Shown here: positions 10,528-22,573 of the stretch, piece after piece
Layout: the number at the start of each line of letters is the position of its first letter
Numbering within the stretch: position 1 is the stretch's first letter
Source of the DNA: an uncultured delta proteobacterium
GTDB taxonomy: Bacteria > Myxococcota_A > Polyangia > Fen-1088
Direction of reading: 5' to 3'
Assembly (NCBI GenBank): GCA_963796685.1
Contig: CAWCMR010000025.1
Coordinates: 224,001 to 288,000 of the forward strand
Length of the DNA stretch: 64,000 nt
Notes under the pieces: model-generated
What the model saw: the letters and a program-made list of their open reading frames with translations, nothing else
What the model was told of the DNA's origin: nothing
The model's database searches: none
Made by a program: the position numbers and the translations under genes

Positions 10528-11232
10528 ATGCCCGCCGACATCGTCTTCCGAGTCGATCTACCGCACGGACGGTGCGTGGGCGTTCGCGTTCCTGGTCCGA
10601 ACGAGCGGGTTGCGCCGTTCCTTCTTCCGAGCGAAGAGCTCGCGTTTCTCGAAACCCTGGGCCCGGCGCGCCGGCCGACCTGGCTCGCCGGACGCGTGGC
10701 CTTGCGCGCGGCCCTGCAAGACATCGGCGTCGAGAGCGGCCCCATTCTGGCCACCCAGCGCGGCGCCCCCGAATTGCCGCCGGGAGTGACCGGTTCGATC
10801 AGTCACAAGCATACCTTGGCGGTCGCCCTGGCTGCGCGCAAACAGGATGGCCTCTCTCTGGGCGTCGACATCGAACCGATTCCCGTGCTGCCGATTTCAC
10901 TGAGCGAGCCCGCCTGGAACAATCGGCCGGATATCAGCAGCCGGGTCATGACCCCCGAGGAGCTCGCCGTCTTGTCCACCCTGCCGGACGGATTGCGCCG
11001 GCGTGAAATCGTTCTGCACTTCTCCATCAAAGAAGCACTCTACAAGGCCATCAATCCCATCATCGGACGCTACGTCTCCTTCCAGGAAGCCACGGTGCTG
11101 CCCGCCAGCGACGGCAGCGTCGTCGTGAATCTGGCTCTCGCCAAGCAAGAAGGCCCCTTTGCCGTGGAGGCCCGCTGGTCCGAGATCGACGGCCACCTGT
11201 TGACCACGGCGGCGGTGCGGAGCTTGGTCTAG
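10528..11232 (+). CDS. 4'-phosphopantetheinyl transferase (EntD/Sfp family)
   Basis: WLAGRVALR, RGAPELPPGVTGSISHK, LGVDIE and FSIKEALYKA motifs. Confidence 0.9.
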   Translation: MPADIVFRVDLPHGRCVGVRVPGPNERVAPFLLPSEELAFLETLGPARRPTWLAGRVALRAALQDIGVESGPILATQRGAPELPPGVTGSISHKHTLAVALAARKQDGLSLGVDIEPIPVLPISLSEPAWNNRPDISSRVMTPEELAVLSTLPDGLRRREIVLHFSIKEALYKAINPIIGRYVSFQEATVLPASDGSVVVNLALAKQEGPFAVEARWSEIDGHLLTTAAVRSLV

Positions 11233-11245
11233 ACTCTAGATCTAA

Positions 11246-12466
11246 GTGTATCCAAACGCCACCACGACCGAGGCAGCCGCACGGTCCCCATCCCAAGGTC
11301 AGGCGGGCATTCGCCGATATCGCGGCTTCGATGGTCTGCGCGGAATCGCCATCTTGCTGGTCATCGTTTACCACGGGATCATTGTCAGCTCATTTCCCAT
11401 TTCTGCCCTGGGTTTACTCCGCCCCTTGTTCTTGGTCGGGTGGACCGGCGTGGATCTCTTCTTCTCGCTGAGCGGGTTTCTCATTACCTCTCTGCTCCTG
11501 CGCGAAGAAAATCGCGCCCTCCTCGCCGGCCACCCAGCGCACTTCAGCATCTGGCGTTTCTACCTTCGCCGCGTCTTTCGCATCTTGCCCGCGTTCTATG
11601 CGGTGTTCTTGCTTGACGCCTTCGTCTTTTCACGGTCGCACCTGTTCGCCTCGGCGTTCGTCGACGACATCAGGGCATCGCCGCTTGGTCTTCTTCCCTA
11701 TGGCACCTTCTGGACCAACTACCTCGTGGCATACGGCTCCCGCTGGTGGGGACCCGCCATGCATCGTCCAGGAGGCGCCTTCGAGGTATTTTGGTCCCTC
11801 TGCGTGGAGGAGCACTTCTATCTCCTCTGGCCGCTCTTTCTATTGCTGGTCAAGAACACTCGCGCACGCGTGACCGTTTCCATCGTCCTAGGTGTCGTGC
11901 TGGCTGGGCTGCGCCACGCCGCAATCTCCCTGGCTTGGGAGCCACCACTCGCCGTTCACTACGCCTCCCACTACCGCCTCGACAGCATCCTGTGGGGCGC
12001 CGTAGCGGCCATCCTTGCGGGGCAGATTCCCTGGTCCCCACGCTTGCGCCGGTGCTTGCTCGGGCTGGGCTTGGCGCTCCTGTTCGCCCTGGTGATGACC
12101 GACACGATGTCCGTGCTCCCCGTCGGTAGACCCTTGGGGTTCTCGGTGGGCTACTCCCTCTTGGCGCTCACTACGTCGGTCGTTCTCTTGGAGCTCGTGG
12201 ACAGGCCGAACACGTGGCTAACCTCGCTCTTGGAATTCCGGCCCTTGGCGGCCGTGGGAAAGGTTTCGTTCGGCATGTACCTACTCCACTTCCCCATGAT
12301 TGACCTGGGCATGGCCGTTCTGGCGCAAGCATCCATGCGGCCCACCCTCCTCAACCTAGGGAGCGCCGTCGTGCTCTTCGTGACCCTTTCCTTCGTCGCC
12401 GCATGGATCCTCTACCAGACCGTCGAGAAGAGGTTTCTGGCCATCAAAGATCGGTACTTTGGCTAG
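11246..12466 (+). CDS. Acyltransferase family 3 (OafA/YrhL-like)
   Basis: FDGLRGIAILLVIVYH, GVDLFFSLSGFLIT, FYLRRVFRILP, WSLCVEEHFY, GKVSFGMYLLHFP. Confidence 0.92.
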   Translation: MYPNATTTEAAARSPSQGQAGIRRYRGFDGLRGIAILLVIVYHGIIVSSFPISALGLLRPLFLVGWTGVDLFFSLSGFLITSLLLREENRALLAGHPAHFSIWRFYLRRVFRILPAFYAVFLLDAFVFSRSHLFASAFVDDIRASPLGLLPYGTFWTNYLVAYGSRWWGPAMHRPGGAFEVFWSLCVEEHFYLLWPLFLLLVKNTRARVTVSIVLGVVLAGLRHAAISLAWEPPLAVHYASHYRLDSILWGAVAAILAGQIPWSPRLRRCLLGLGLALLFALVMTDTMSVLPVGRPLGFSVGYSLLALTTSVVLLELVDRPNTWLTSLLEFRPLAAVGKVSFGMYLLHFPMIDLGMAVLAQASMRPTLLNLGSAVVLFVTLSFVAAWILYQTVEKRFLAIKDRYFG

Positions 12467-13899
12467 CCGAGCAGCTTGCGCAAGATCTCGTTCACCGTCT
12501 TGGGGTTGGCCTTGCCGCCGGTTTCTTTCATGACGTTGCCCACGAAGAACCCCATGAGCTTGGCGTTGCCGCCGCGGAAACGCGCGACCTCGTCGGGGCT
12601 GCGCTCGACCACGCGCTTGCAGGCGCCCTCGATGGCGGACATATCGGACATCAGGCTCACCGATTCGGCGGCCACGATGTCGGCCGCGCGCCGTCTTTCC
12701 TGCCACATGCGCGCGAAGACGTCCTTGCCCAGCTTGCCTGAAAGCGTCCCCTTTTCCACCAGGGCGACCAATTCGGCAAGCGCCGCGGGCGGCACGGGAA
12801 CCGATTCGGCCATAAGCCCGCGCACATCGTCGACGCGCCCCAAGACCTCGTTGATGAGCCAGTTGGCGATCTTCTTCGCGTGCAAAGGCGCTGCGGCCAA
12901 GGCGGCGTCGAAGTAGTCGCCGATGGGCCGCTCGGATACCAGCACCGACGCATCCTGCGCCGAAAGGCCGAGGCCGAGGTAGCGGGCGTGGCGCGCCTCG
13001 GGCAACTCGGGCAGCGCCTGGCGGGCGCGCACAAGCCACGCCTCGTCCACCACCACGGGCGGCAGATCGGGCTCGGGGAAATAGCGGTAGTCGTGCGCCT
13101 GCTCCTTCGAGCGCATGGAGGCCGAGATGCCGCGGTCGGGATCCCACAGCCGGGTCTCCTGCGCCACCTTCTCGCCGCGATCGAGTAGCACGGTTTGGCG
13201 CGCGATCTCGTGCTCGATGGCGTCGCGCACGTTCTTGAACGAGTTGATGTTCTTGAGCTCGGCCTTGGTGCCGAGCTTGCTTTCACCGCGTGGCCGAATC
13301 GAAACGTTGGCGTCGCAGCGAAGCGAGCCTTCCTCCATGTTGCCGTCGCTGATGCCGAGGTAGCGCACCAAAGTGCGGATGGCGCGCACGTATTCCGCGG
13401 CCTCGTCGGCCGAGCGGATGTCGGGCTCGCTCACGATCTCGCACAGGGGAACGCCGGCCCGGTTGTAGTCGACAAAGCTGACCCCGCTCGGGTCGTGGAT
13501 GTTCTTGCCCGCGTCGTCTTCCATGTGGATGCGCGTGAGCCGGATCTGTCTGACCTCGCCGTTCAGCCGAAACGTGACGACGCCGCCGTCGCACAGGGGC
13601 TCGTCGTATTGCGAGATCTGAAATCCCTTGGGCAGGTCGGGGTAGAAGTAGTGCTTGCGCGCGAAGCGGCAGCGCGGCCGGATGTGCGAGCCGACAGCCA
13701 AGCCCAGGCGCACCGCCGCGTCGACGGCCGCACGATTCAGGACCGGCAGCGCGCCGGGCAGCCCGAGACACACCGGATCGGTGTGCGCGTTGGGCTCGGC
13801 GCCGAAGGCAGCCGACGAGATGGAAAAGATCTTGGTGCGCGTGGCGAGCTGGACGTGAACCTCCAGCCCGATGACCGCTTCGTAGCTTTCCCTGCTCAT
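12463..13899 (-). CDS. gatB: Asp-tRNA(Asn)/Glu-tRNA(Gln) amidotransferase subunit B
   Basis: [62 protein letters not shown]; ATG overlaps the gatA stop. Confidence 0.97.
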   Translation of the reverse strand: MSRESYEAVIGLEVHVQLATRTKIFSISSAAFGAEPNAHTDPVCLGLPGALPVLNRAAVDAAVRLGLAVGSHIRPRCRFARKHYFYPDLPKGFQISQYDEPLCDGGVVTFRLNGEVRQIRLTRIHMEDDAGKNIHDPSGVSFVDYNRAGVPLCEIVSEPDIRSADEAAEYVRAIRTLVRYLGISDGNMEEGSLRCDANVSIRPRGESKLGTKAELKNINSFKNVRDAIEHEIARQTVLLDRGEKVAQETRLWDPDRGISASMRSKEQAHDYRYFPEPDLPPVVVDEAWLVRARQALPELPEARHARYLGLGLSAQDASVLVSERPIGDYFDAALAAAPLHAKKIANWLINEVLGRVDDVRGLMAESVPVPPAALAELVALVEKGTLSGKLGKDVFARMWQERRRAADIVAAESVSLMSDMSAIEGACKRVVERSPDEVARFRGGNAKLMGFFVGNVMKETGGKANPKTVNEILRKLLG

Positions 13900-15368
13900 G
13901 ACTTGTCCTCGGGCAAACGCTTGTGCCAGTCGGTGCGCGCCTCGTAGGCGCCCGCGACGCGGAACACGGCTTCCTCGCCAAGAGGCGGCCCGATGGTTTG
14001 CAACCCGATGGGCAGCCCGGAGCGCGAGAAGCCGCAGCACTGCGAGAGCGCCGGCACGCCGGCCAGCGGCGGCGCCACGGTGTAGATGTCGGCCAGGTAC
14101 ATTTGCAAGGGATCCGCCGCGCGCTCGCCGATCTTGAAGGCGGGCGTGGGCGAAGTCGGCGTGACCAGCACGTCGCACTGGCCGAACGCCGCGTTGAAGT
14201 CGTCGGCGATCAGGCGGCGCACGCGCAAGGCCTTGCCGTAGTATGCCTCGTAGTAGCCGGCGCGCAGAACGTACGTGCCGAGAATGATGCGACGTTTGGG
14301 TTCGTCGCCGAATCCCTCGCCGCGCGTCTTGGCGTACAGCTCTTCCAGCGATCCGGCATCCGCCGTGCGGTGTCCGTAGCGAACGCCATCGTAGCGCGCC
14401 AGGTTCGACGACGCCTCGGCGGTGCAGATCAGGTAGTACGTCGCAATCGCGTACTGCGTGTGCGGCAGCGATACCGGCACCAGCGTGGCACCCGCCCGGG
14501 CCAGCTCGTCGAGCGCGGCGCGTACGGCGCCCTCGACCTCGGGATCCATGCCGGCCTGGAAATACTCCTTGGGCACGCCCACGCGCATGCCAGCGAGACC
14601 GGCCTTGCTGGCCGCCCGGTAGCGTCCCGCGGGCTCCGGGATCGATGTGCTGTCCATGGGATCGTGGCCCGCGATCACCTCCAACAAGGCGGCAGCGTCC
14701 TCGACCGTGCGACCGAAGGGCCCAGGGTGATCCAGCGACGAGGCGAAGGCGATCACGCCGTAGCGCGAGACCCGGCCGTAGGTCGGTTTCACCCCGACTA
14801 CGCCGCACAGGGAGGCCGGCTGACGAATCGAGCCGCCGGTGTCGGTGCCGAGCGTCCCCGCGCACAGCGAGGCTGCGACCGCCGCCGCCGAACCACCCGA
14901 CGAGCCGCCCGGCACGCGTTCCAGATCCCAGGGATTGTGCACGGGATGAAACGCGCTGTTCTCGTTGGACGAGCCCATGGCGAATTCGTCCATGTTGAGC
15001 TTGCCCAGGCTGATGGCGCCGGCCGCGGCCAGGCGCGCCGAGGCCGTGGACTCGTAGGGTGGGATGAAACCCTTCAAGATTTTCGACCCCGCCGTGGTTT
15101 CGATCCCGCGCGTGACGAAGATATCCTTGAGCCCGATGGGCACCCCTGCGAGCGGTCCCACGGACTCGCCTGCGGCGATCTTCTTGTCGATGGCGTCCGC
15201 AGCCCGGCGTGCGCCATCGCCATCGACGAGCAGAAAGCTGCCAAGCTTCTCGTCCAGCCGGGCGATCCGGTCCAGGTACGCCTCCACCAGGTCGCGCGCC
15301 TTCCAGGCTCGCGCCGCCACGCCCGCGGCCAGGGCGGCAAGCGTCGCCCCTCGAACATCGGGGGCCAC
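13896..15368 (-). CDS. gatA: Asp-tRNA(Asn)/Glu-tRNA(Gln) amidotransferase subunit A
   Basis: Amidase signature [49 protein letters not shown]. Confidence 0.97.
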   Translation of the reverse strand: MAPDVRGATLAALAAGVAARAWKARDLVEAYLDRIARLDEKLGSFLLVDGDGARRAADAIDKKIAAGESVGPLAGVPIGLKDIFVTRGIETTAGSKILKGFIPPYESTASARLAAAGAISLGKLNMDEFAMGSSNENSAFHPVHNPWDLERVPGGSSGGSAAAVAASLCAGTLGTDTGGSIRQPASLCGVVGVKPTYGRVSRYGVIAFASSLDHPGPFGRTVEDAAALLEVIAGHDPMDSTSIPEPAGRYRAASKAGLAGMRVGVPKEYFQAGMDPEVEGAVRAALDELARAGATLVPVSLPHTQYAIATYYLICTAEASSNLARYDGVRYGHRTADAGSLEELYAKTRGEGFGDEPKRRIILGTYVLRAGYYEAYYGKALRVRRLIADDFNAAFGQCDVLVTPTSPTPAFKIGERAADPLQMYLADIYTVAPPLAGVPALSQCCGFSRSGLPIGLQTIGPPLGEEAVFRVAGAYEARTDWHKRLPEDKS

Positions 15369-15370
15369 GA

Positions 15371-15676
15371 CTACGCGCCTCCCGTGCCGGGCACGATGCG
15401 CGGGACCTCGAACGAGCCTTCACGCCGGCGCGGCGCATTTTGCAGGGCCTCATCCACGGTCAAGGACTGTCCGGGCTCGTCCGCCCGCATCGGGCAATCG
15501 AATGGCACGGCGTGGGTCATGGGCACGGCGTCGCCCGTGGCCAGGCCCTTGACCGTTTCGATGTAGCCGAGTATGCCGTCGAGCTCGTGGGTCATGCGTT
15601 CGACCTCCGCCTCGTCCAGGCGAAGGCGAGCCAGGGCCGCGATTTCGCGAACCTCCTCAAAATTGATTCTTGGCAT
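15371..15676 (-). CDS. gatC: Asp-tRNA(Asn)/Glu-tRNA(Gln) amidotransferase subunit C
   Basis: [11 protein letters not shown]...MRADE...ALQNAP...FEVPRIV; first gene of the gatCAB order. Confidence 0.95.
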   Translation of the reverse strand: MPRINFEEVREIAALARLRLDEAEVERMTHELDGILGYIETVKGLATGDAVPMTHAVPFDCPMRADEPGQSLTVDEALQNAPRRREGSFEVPRIVPGTGGA

Positions 15677-15778
15677 TTCGTCGTCTTTCTACCATCTTTC
15701 ACACGCTTTCAAGGTGCCGCGGCCGCACTAGCGTAACGCGGCGAATCTGCATATAATCTTTGGCTGCCGGAAAATCTG

Positions 15779-16710
15779 ATGTCCTCCTTCGCCCCCAAGC
15801 GTCGCCTTTTCCACCTTTCTTGCCGCCCCGTCGGGATGCGGGGGATGCTCGTGGCGCTTCTGCTTTCGGCGGGCCTGGCCTGCGAAAGTGGCTCCCGCGG
15901 CCGGGACGCCGCGCCCACCACCATCCAGCACCTGTCGCAGGTCTCGGTCCGGCTCGAATCTGCCGAACGGCGGCGCCCCGTCGGTGTCCGTGCTCGCTTT
16001 CCAGGCCGAAGCCATCGACATGTCCGCGTCCGATGTCCTCGGCGCCGTGGATCCTTTGGTTTCGCCACCCCCGGAATCGGCTTGCGAGCTGCGCGACGTG
16101 GCGGGAGTCGCACGCATGGTGCGGGACCAGGGTGGCACCCTGAATCTGGAAGAGCTCGGCGGGGTCTCCCTGCAGGTGCCCCAAACGGAGCAAGGGACGG
16201 AAGAACAACCGCTTCGTCCCGCGCCCCGCGTTTATCCACCGCTCGCGGATGTGGTCAGCGGCGTGATCGCCGAGGCAGGACCGCTCGAATCTCGGCCAGA
16301 TTCCCGAGACCCTGACGCTCATGGTTCCGACCAACGGGGACGAGCACGCCACCCTCAAGATGACGTTGCCGCGCGTACCCTCGGTCTTGGACAGCAGCGA
16401 GACTCCTCTCGATACGCGCGCGACCATGAGCATGAAGGGCGACCTCGTGCTGCGCGTTTCCGGCCCGCCAAGGACCTTCCTCGAAATTCGGCCCTTCGGT
16501 GCCCCCTCTGCCATTGCCTGTGCCGCGACTTCGAGCGGTTGGGTCGTTGTTCCGCACGACCTATTGGCCAAGCTCGTCGCCACGGCCGGGCGCGCCCCGG
16601 TTTCGTTCGAAGCCGTGTGGCGCGAGAGCCGGTTGGTGCAGGCCGGGAGCGAGTCGACCCGCGTCTCGTTCGAAGCCCGCTCGTCCGCGGTGCTGGAACT
16701 GCGTCCGTGA
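15779..16710 (+). pseudogene. Lipoprotein of unknown function interrupted by two +1 frameshifts (possibly sequencing artefacts)
   Basis: Lipobox AGLAC. Removing one A at each of two GCTCGAATCT sites (about 15957 and 16288) joins ORFs 15779, 15888 and 16321 into one reading frame (VRLDLPNGG; GPLDLGQIPETLTLMVP) that ends at a GTGA overlap with the PilZ gene. Confidence 0.7.
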
Positions 16711-17078
16711 GTCAGACCCCGCGGCCGCGCAACGCGCGCCGGTTCGACCGGAAAAGCGCGCTCGTGCCCGTGGTGGTCCGTGCCGAGGGAAACAAGATCC
16801 AAGCCGGCGTGCGACTCGATACCACCGATCTTTCCGAGGGGGGCCTGTTCTTGCGTTCCGATCTCCTTTTCGAGGTTGGCGAGGATTTGACCCTGGAGAT
16901 CCCAATCGGCGATGGCAAGGTCACCGTGGCGCGCGGCCGGGTCGCATGGGTCACCCGCGGAAACGGAAAGAAGGCCGCGGCCGGCATGGGCATCGAATTC
17001 GCTCGCCTGTCGGCGCACGACCGCCGCGCCTTGGCCGACAACCTGCGCGCACTGGCCAAGTCCGATCCCGACCCATAG
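16707..17078 (+). CDS. PilZ domain protein (c-di-GMP receptor)
   Basis: RRFDR (RxxxR) and DLSEGG (DxSxxG) motifs; GRVAWV...GMGIEF. Confidence 0.88.
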   Translation: MSQTPRPRNARRFDRKSALVPVVVRAEGNKIQAGVRLDTTDLSEGGLFLRSDLLFEVGEDLTLEIPIGDGKVTVARGRVAWVTRGNGKKAAAGMGIEFARLSAHDRRALADNLRALAKSDPDP

Positions 17079-17101
17079 CGTCCCAGCAGAAGGAGCCCGA
17101 C

Positions 17102-17449
17102 ATGGCAGAGACCATCGACGAACTGACGTACGACTACGAGGACGAGGGTGTGCTGGTGCGCAAGCAACTCGACAAGGTCGTGCTGACCAAGGGCTCCTGG
17201 TCGACCCTGATGTTCCTTTACCAGGAGCTCGACAAGACCGCAGGCACGTTTCGGGCACCCAAGATCGCCATCGTGCGCTTCAAGAAGTTCAAGGGCAGCT
17301 ACCGCAAGCAGTCCTCCTTCAATGTTTCGAGCGAGAAGCAGGCCCGCCAGATCACCGAAGTCTTCGAACGTTGGTACGCGAAGATGGGCGAAGCCTCCGA
17401 GCCAGCGGAAGCGGACGACCTGCCCGAGAGCAGCGACGGCGAGATGTAA
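17102..17449 (+). CDS. Hypothetical protein (beta-strands followed by a C-terminal helix)
   Basis: AAGGAG RBS and strongly GC3-biased codons; MAETIDELTYDYEDEG...YRKQSSFNVSSEKQARQI. Confidence 0.8.
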   Translation: MAETIDELTYDYEDEGVLVRKQLDKVVLTKGSWSTLMFLYQELDKTAGTFRAPKIAIVRFKKFKGSYRKQSSFNVSSEKQARQITEVFERWYAKMGEASEPAEADDLPESSDGEM

Positions 17450-17450
17450 T

Positions 17451-17567
17451 ATGGGAACCCTGACCTGAAACACCTCGCCCCGCGTGGCGGGGATAGGTCG
17501 CCGAGCGCAGCGAGGCGGGTGAGGGGCAGTCACGTTTCTTGCCTGAAGGATCCGAGCCTTCGGCCCG
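17451..17567. repeat. Composite dispersed palindromic repeat, compact copy between convergent genes
   Basis: Homologous to 9954-10283; contains the CCTCGCCCCGC..GCGGGGA.AGG hairpin and ends in a TTCG-loop hairpin CGAGCC-TTCG-GCCCG. Confidence 0.85.
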
Positions 17568-17576
17568 TGTCCCCTA

Positions 17577-19193
17577 CTACGGCCCAATGCCTGCTGGCAT
17601 CTTGATGAGGCAGAGATCGCCGAAAATCAGCGAATTCCTCTGGAGCCAAGTCTGAGCCGCCGACCGAATGCGCGCATCGTCGGAGGAGCTTCGAATCAAA
17701 TTGTTCCCCAAGGACCAGCCGGGCGGCACATTCCCGGAATAGCCGTTCAGCGTCGGGACTCCGCTCTCCATCTGCGCCCACATGGCATCGATCTGATACT
17801 TCCAGACACCGGAGAAGGAGTCAGGTTTCAGGATCGGCGCATAGAGAAAATACCGACAGCGCGGGCCGATCTCCCGTTCGACGGCTTCGAACTGCCGCCG
17901 CTGTGCCCGCCAAGCAAAAGACGGGGTGCTGACGACCTGTTCGGCCATACACAAGAGCGCGACCGTCACGACCACGCCCAGGCTGGCCCGCTTCCGCAAC
18001 CACTGCAGCGCCAGCACCAGGGCCACCGAATGGCTCAAGAGCAGGAAGACGCCGATCCGGGAAAAACCCCGAAGCCCCTTGGCCCCTGGAAACCAGGGGA
18101 AGACGTAGCGAAACAGGGTGTATCCCTTGAACTGAAGAAACACGATGAACGATGTGGCGAACGTCAAGAAGAGGACCCTGAGCGCGGCCCGTTTCTGCGT
18201 TCGGCGGATCCCCAGGAAGAAGCCAAGAATCACCAGCCCCACGGAGACGAACCCGATTCCAAGCCGCTGCTCATGCTCAATCGGGATCGTCCTGAAGAGC
18301 TTGCTCTCGCCGAGCCAAGAGTAGAGCAGACTCCGATCTCCAAGATCAGCCCACGACTGAGGCGTCGGGAGCATGCTCACCACGTCTTCGAACCGCCGGA
18401 GGCCCACCGAGTCCCCTGCCAAGACATAGTGGCGAGCCAGCGGGAACAGGGCCACCGCCGAGAGCAGGCCCAACCCCGCGATCCAAGGCCAATCCTCCCG
18501 GAGCAAGGGCCAGTATCGGGCGCGGATCTCGCGGAGCGAGAGGCTCCAAGAGAATCCTATCACCAGACAGAAGCCAAGAAACCAGCCATGGTAGAAGCCG
18601 GAATACAGTTGCAACACCGACGCGGCGAAAAATACGCCAAGCCAGCTTCGCCTTGCAGTTGCCGAAAGATTCCGCTGACCCGCACCAAGGACATACCCCA
18701 AGGCATGCAGGGCGAGAACGGGAAAGAACTGGGCCAACAACTGCTGATGCCCGAACTGATTGAGTCGCGGTGCCCCGAAGGCAAACAAATATGCCCCGAC
18801 CACGGCAATCCAGGAGCTCGAAACAAACCAACGCTTGAGAAACGCGAAGACCACGGCGAAATTCAGGACTGAGACCAGAATCATCCAGACTTGGAAGGAC
18901 GACTCCGGACCCATCCCAAGACCCCGCCAAATCCAATACAAGGGTCCGACGCCCAGGAGGGTTTCGCTGTACGCCAATACGTTTTGCTGCGGATAGAAGA
19001 ACTTGGGGTTCCAGAAGTCGGAGTCGCCCGGCCGCCCCGTCGCCCACCGGTACCCATGCTCGAGGAGATAGTTTACGAGGCGGGTATCCCCGGGATCGGT
19101 CTGCATCTGGCGGAATCCCGAAAAAATCGTCGGATGATACGCAACCAACACCCCCAGCACGCAAACCGGAAGCCAATACCGCACCTGCTTCAT
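17577..19193 (-). CDS. Polytopic membrane protein, probable GT-C fold glycosyltransferase (YfhO-like)
   Basis: TM1 followed by QTDPGDTRLVNYLLE acidic loop, FWNPKFFYP..NVLAYSE, many TM helices, C-terminal PTLNGYSG. Confidence 0.7.
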   Translation of the reverse strand: MKQVRYWLPVCVLGVLVAYHPTIFSGFRQMQTDPGDTRLVNYLLEHGYRWATGRPGDSDFWNPKFFYPQQNVLAYSETLLGVGPLYWIWRGLGMGPESSFQVWMILVSVLNFAVVFAFLKRWFVSSSWIAVVGAYLFAFGAPRLNQFGHQQLLAQFFPVLALHALGYVLGAGQRNLSATARRSWLGVFFAASVLQLYSGFYHGWFLGFCLVIGFSWSLSLREIRARYWPLLREDWPWIAGLGLLSAVALFPLARHYVLAGDSVGLRRFEDVVSMLPTPQSWADLGDRSLLYSWLGESKLFRTIPIEHEQRLGIGFVSVGLVILGFFLGIRRTQKRAALRVLFLTFATSFIVFLQFKGYTLFRYVFPWFPGAKGLRGFSRIGVFLLLSHSVALVLALQWLRKRASLGVVVTVALLCMAEQVVSTPSFAWRAQRRQFEAVEREIGPRCRYFLYAPILKPDSFSGVWKYQIDAMWAQMESGVPTLNGYSGNVPPGWSLGNNLIRSSSDDARIRSAAQTWLQRNSLIFGDLCLIKMPAGIGP

Positions 19194-19305
19194 GGGGGCA
19201 GTATCACCATGAGTCCGACTGGGCAGCAAGGGAGCCCTGGGGCAAGAATCCGGTCGGCGACCGCCGACGACTTCAAGCCCAACGGATGGCGAATCCGGGA
19301 CAACT

Positions 19306-21456
<2,151 letters not shown>

Positions 21457-21577
21457 TCATCCGGCACGCCGAAATCCGTGCGGCATAAACCGAATTCAAG
21501 GCGCATGTAATCGCCGTTGTGCGTGTCGTGTCAATACAAATGCTGGTGCTTGGGTTGTCGTGTAGAGTACCTCCTTC

Positions 21578-22519
21578 GTGGCTCTGGTAGTTTTCGTCAA
21601 CCCAGGTTCCCGCGCCAACCGAAAGGATCCTGGTTGCGCCGATCGCTTCGCCAAGATCCTTGGCTCGTGCGGGCGCGTGGCAGCACCGCCGAGTCTGGAG
21701 CAACTGGCCGAGGAAGCCCGGCGCGCTGCCGCGGAGTCACCCTCGGTGATCGCCATTCACGGAGGCGACGGAACGTTGCATCGGACGCTGTCGGCCCTGG
21801 TGGCGGCGTACGGAACGCGGGCGCTGCCCCCGATGGCCATCTTGCCCGGCGGCACCATGAACGTGGTGGCCTCGTCGCTCGGCATCCGGGTCAAACCCGA
21901 GACCCTGCTCGCCGAGCTGGTGGCGGGCGACCGCATGGGTACGCCGCCGGCCACCATCCATCGTCGCTGCCTTCGGGTGGGCAACGACTACGGTTTCATT
22001 TTCGGCAACGGGTTGCTCACCAACTTTCTCGAGGAGTACTACGCCCGCGGCAGCTACGGCGCGAGGCGTGCCGTGTGGATCATCGTTCGCATCCTGCTCT
22101 CCGTGCTGACCACGGGACGCTACGCCCGCCGTATCTTCCGCCGCTTCCGCGGCCGGGTGTGGGTCGATGGCTGTCTACTACCACGCACCCACCTCACCGG
22201 CATGGGCGCGGCCACGGTGTCCGAGGTCGGCTTTCGTTTCAAGCTCCACCACCGTGCGGACGACGATCCGGATCGGATGGGTGGCCTGGCCATCCACGGC
22301 GGACCGCTCTCGCTCGTTCTCGACGTGCTCGACGTGCGCCTGGGCCGCGGATTGTCCCCCAAGCGGGCCACCAGTTTCGTGGCCACCCGGTTGTCCATCG
22401 AGCCCGAAGAGCCGGAATCGGCTTACACCCTCGACGGCGATCTGTACGTCGGCCGCGGCCCCCTCACCGTCGAAGTCGGCCCGGCCCTGGCAATCGTCAA
22501 GCCGGAAAACTGCCGATGA
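21578..22519 (+). CDS. Diacylglycerol kinase family lipid kinase
   Basis: FVNPGS, GGDGTL, LPGGTMN, YTLDGD motifs. Confidence 0.9.
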   Translation: MALVVFVNPGSRANRKDPGCADRFAKILGSCGRVAAPPSLEQLAEEARRAAAESPSVIAIHGGDGTLHRTLSALVAAYGTRALPPMAILPGGTMNVVASSLGIRVKPETLLAELVAGDRMGTPPATIHRRCLRVGNDYGFIFGNGLLTNFLEEYYARGSYGARRAVWIIVRILLSVLTTGRYARRIFRRFRGRVWVDGCLLPRTHLTGMGAATVSEVGFRFKLHHRADDDPDRMGGLAIHGGPLSLVLDVLDVRLGRGLSPKRATSFVATRLSIEPEEPESAYTLDGDLYVGRGPLTVEVGPALAIVKPENCR

Positions 22520-22573
22520 ACGCCATTTCAGTTGTTGAAAACCGCGGCACGCCGACGGTACGATAGGTGATTC

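Noticed and set aside
13900-15453. Apparent N-terminal extension of gatB (996-aa ORF)
   Set aside because: It overlaps gatA in another frame; the true gatB start is the ATG at 13899 overlapping the gatA stop.
15888-17078. 396-aa PilZ fusion protein
   Set aside because: Chimeric reading caused by the upstream frameshifts; PilZ has its own GTG at 16707 and the segment 16290-16706 is off-frame in this ORF.
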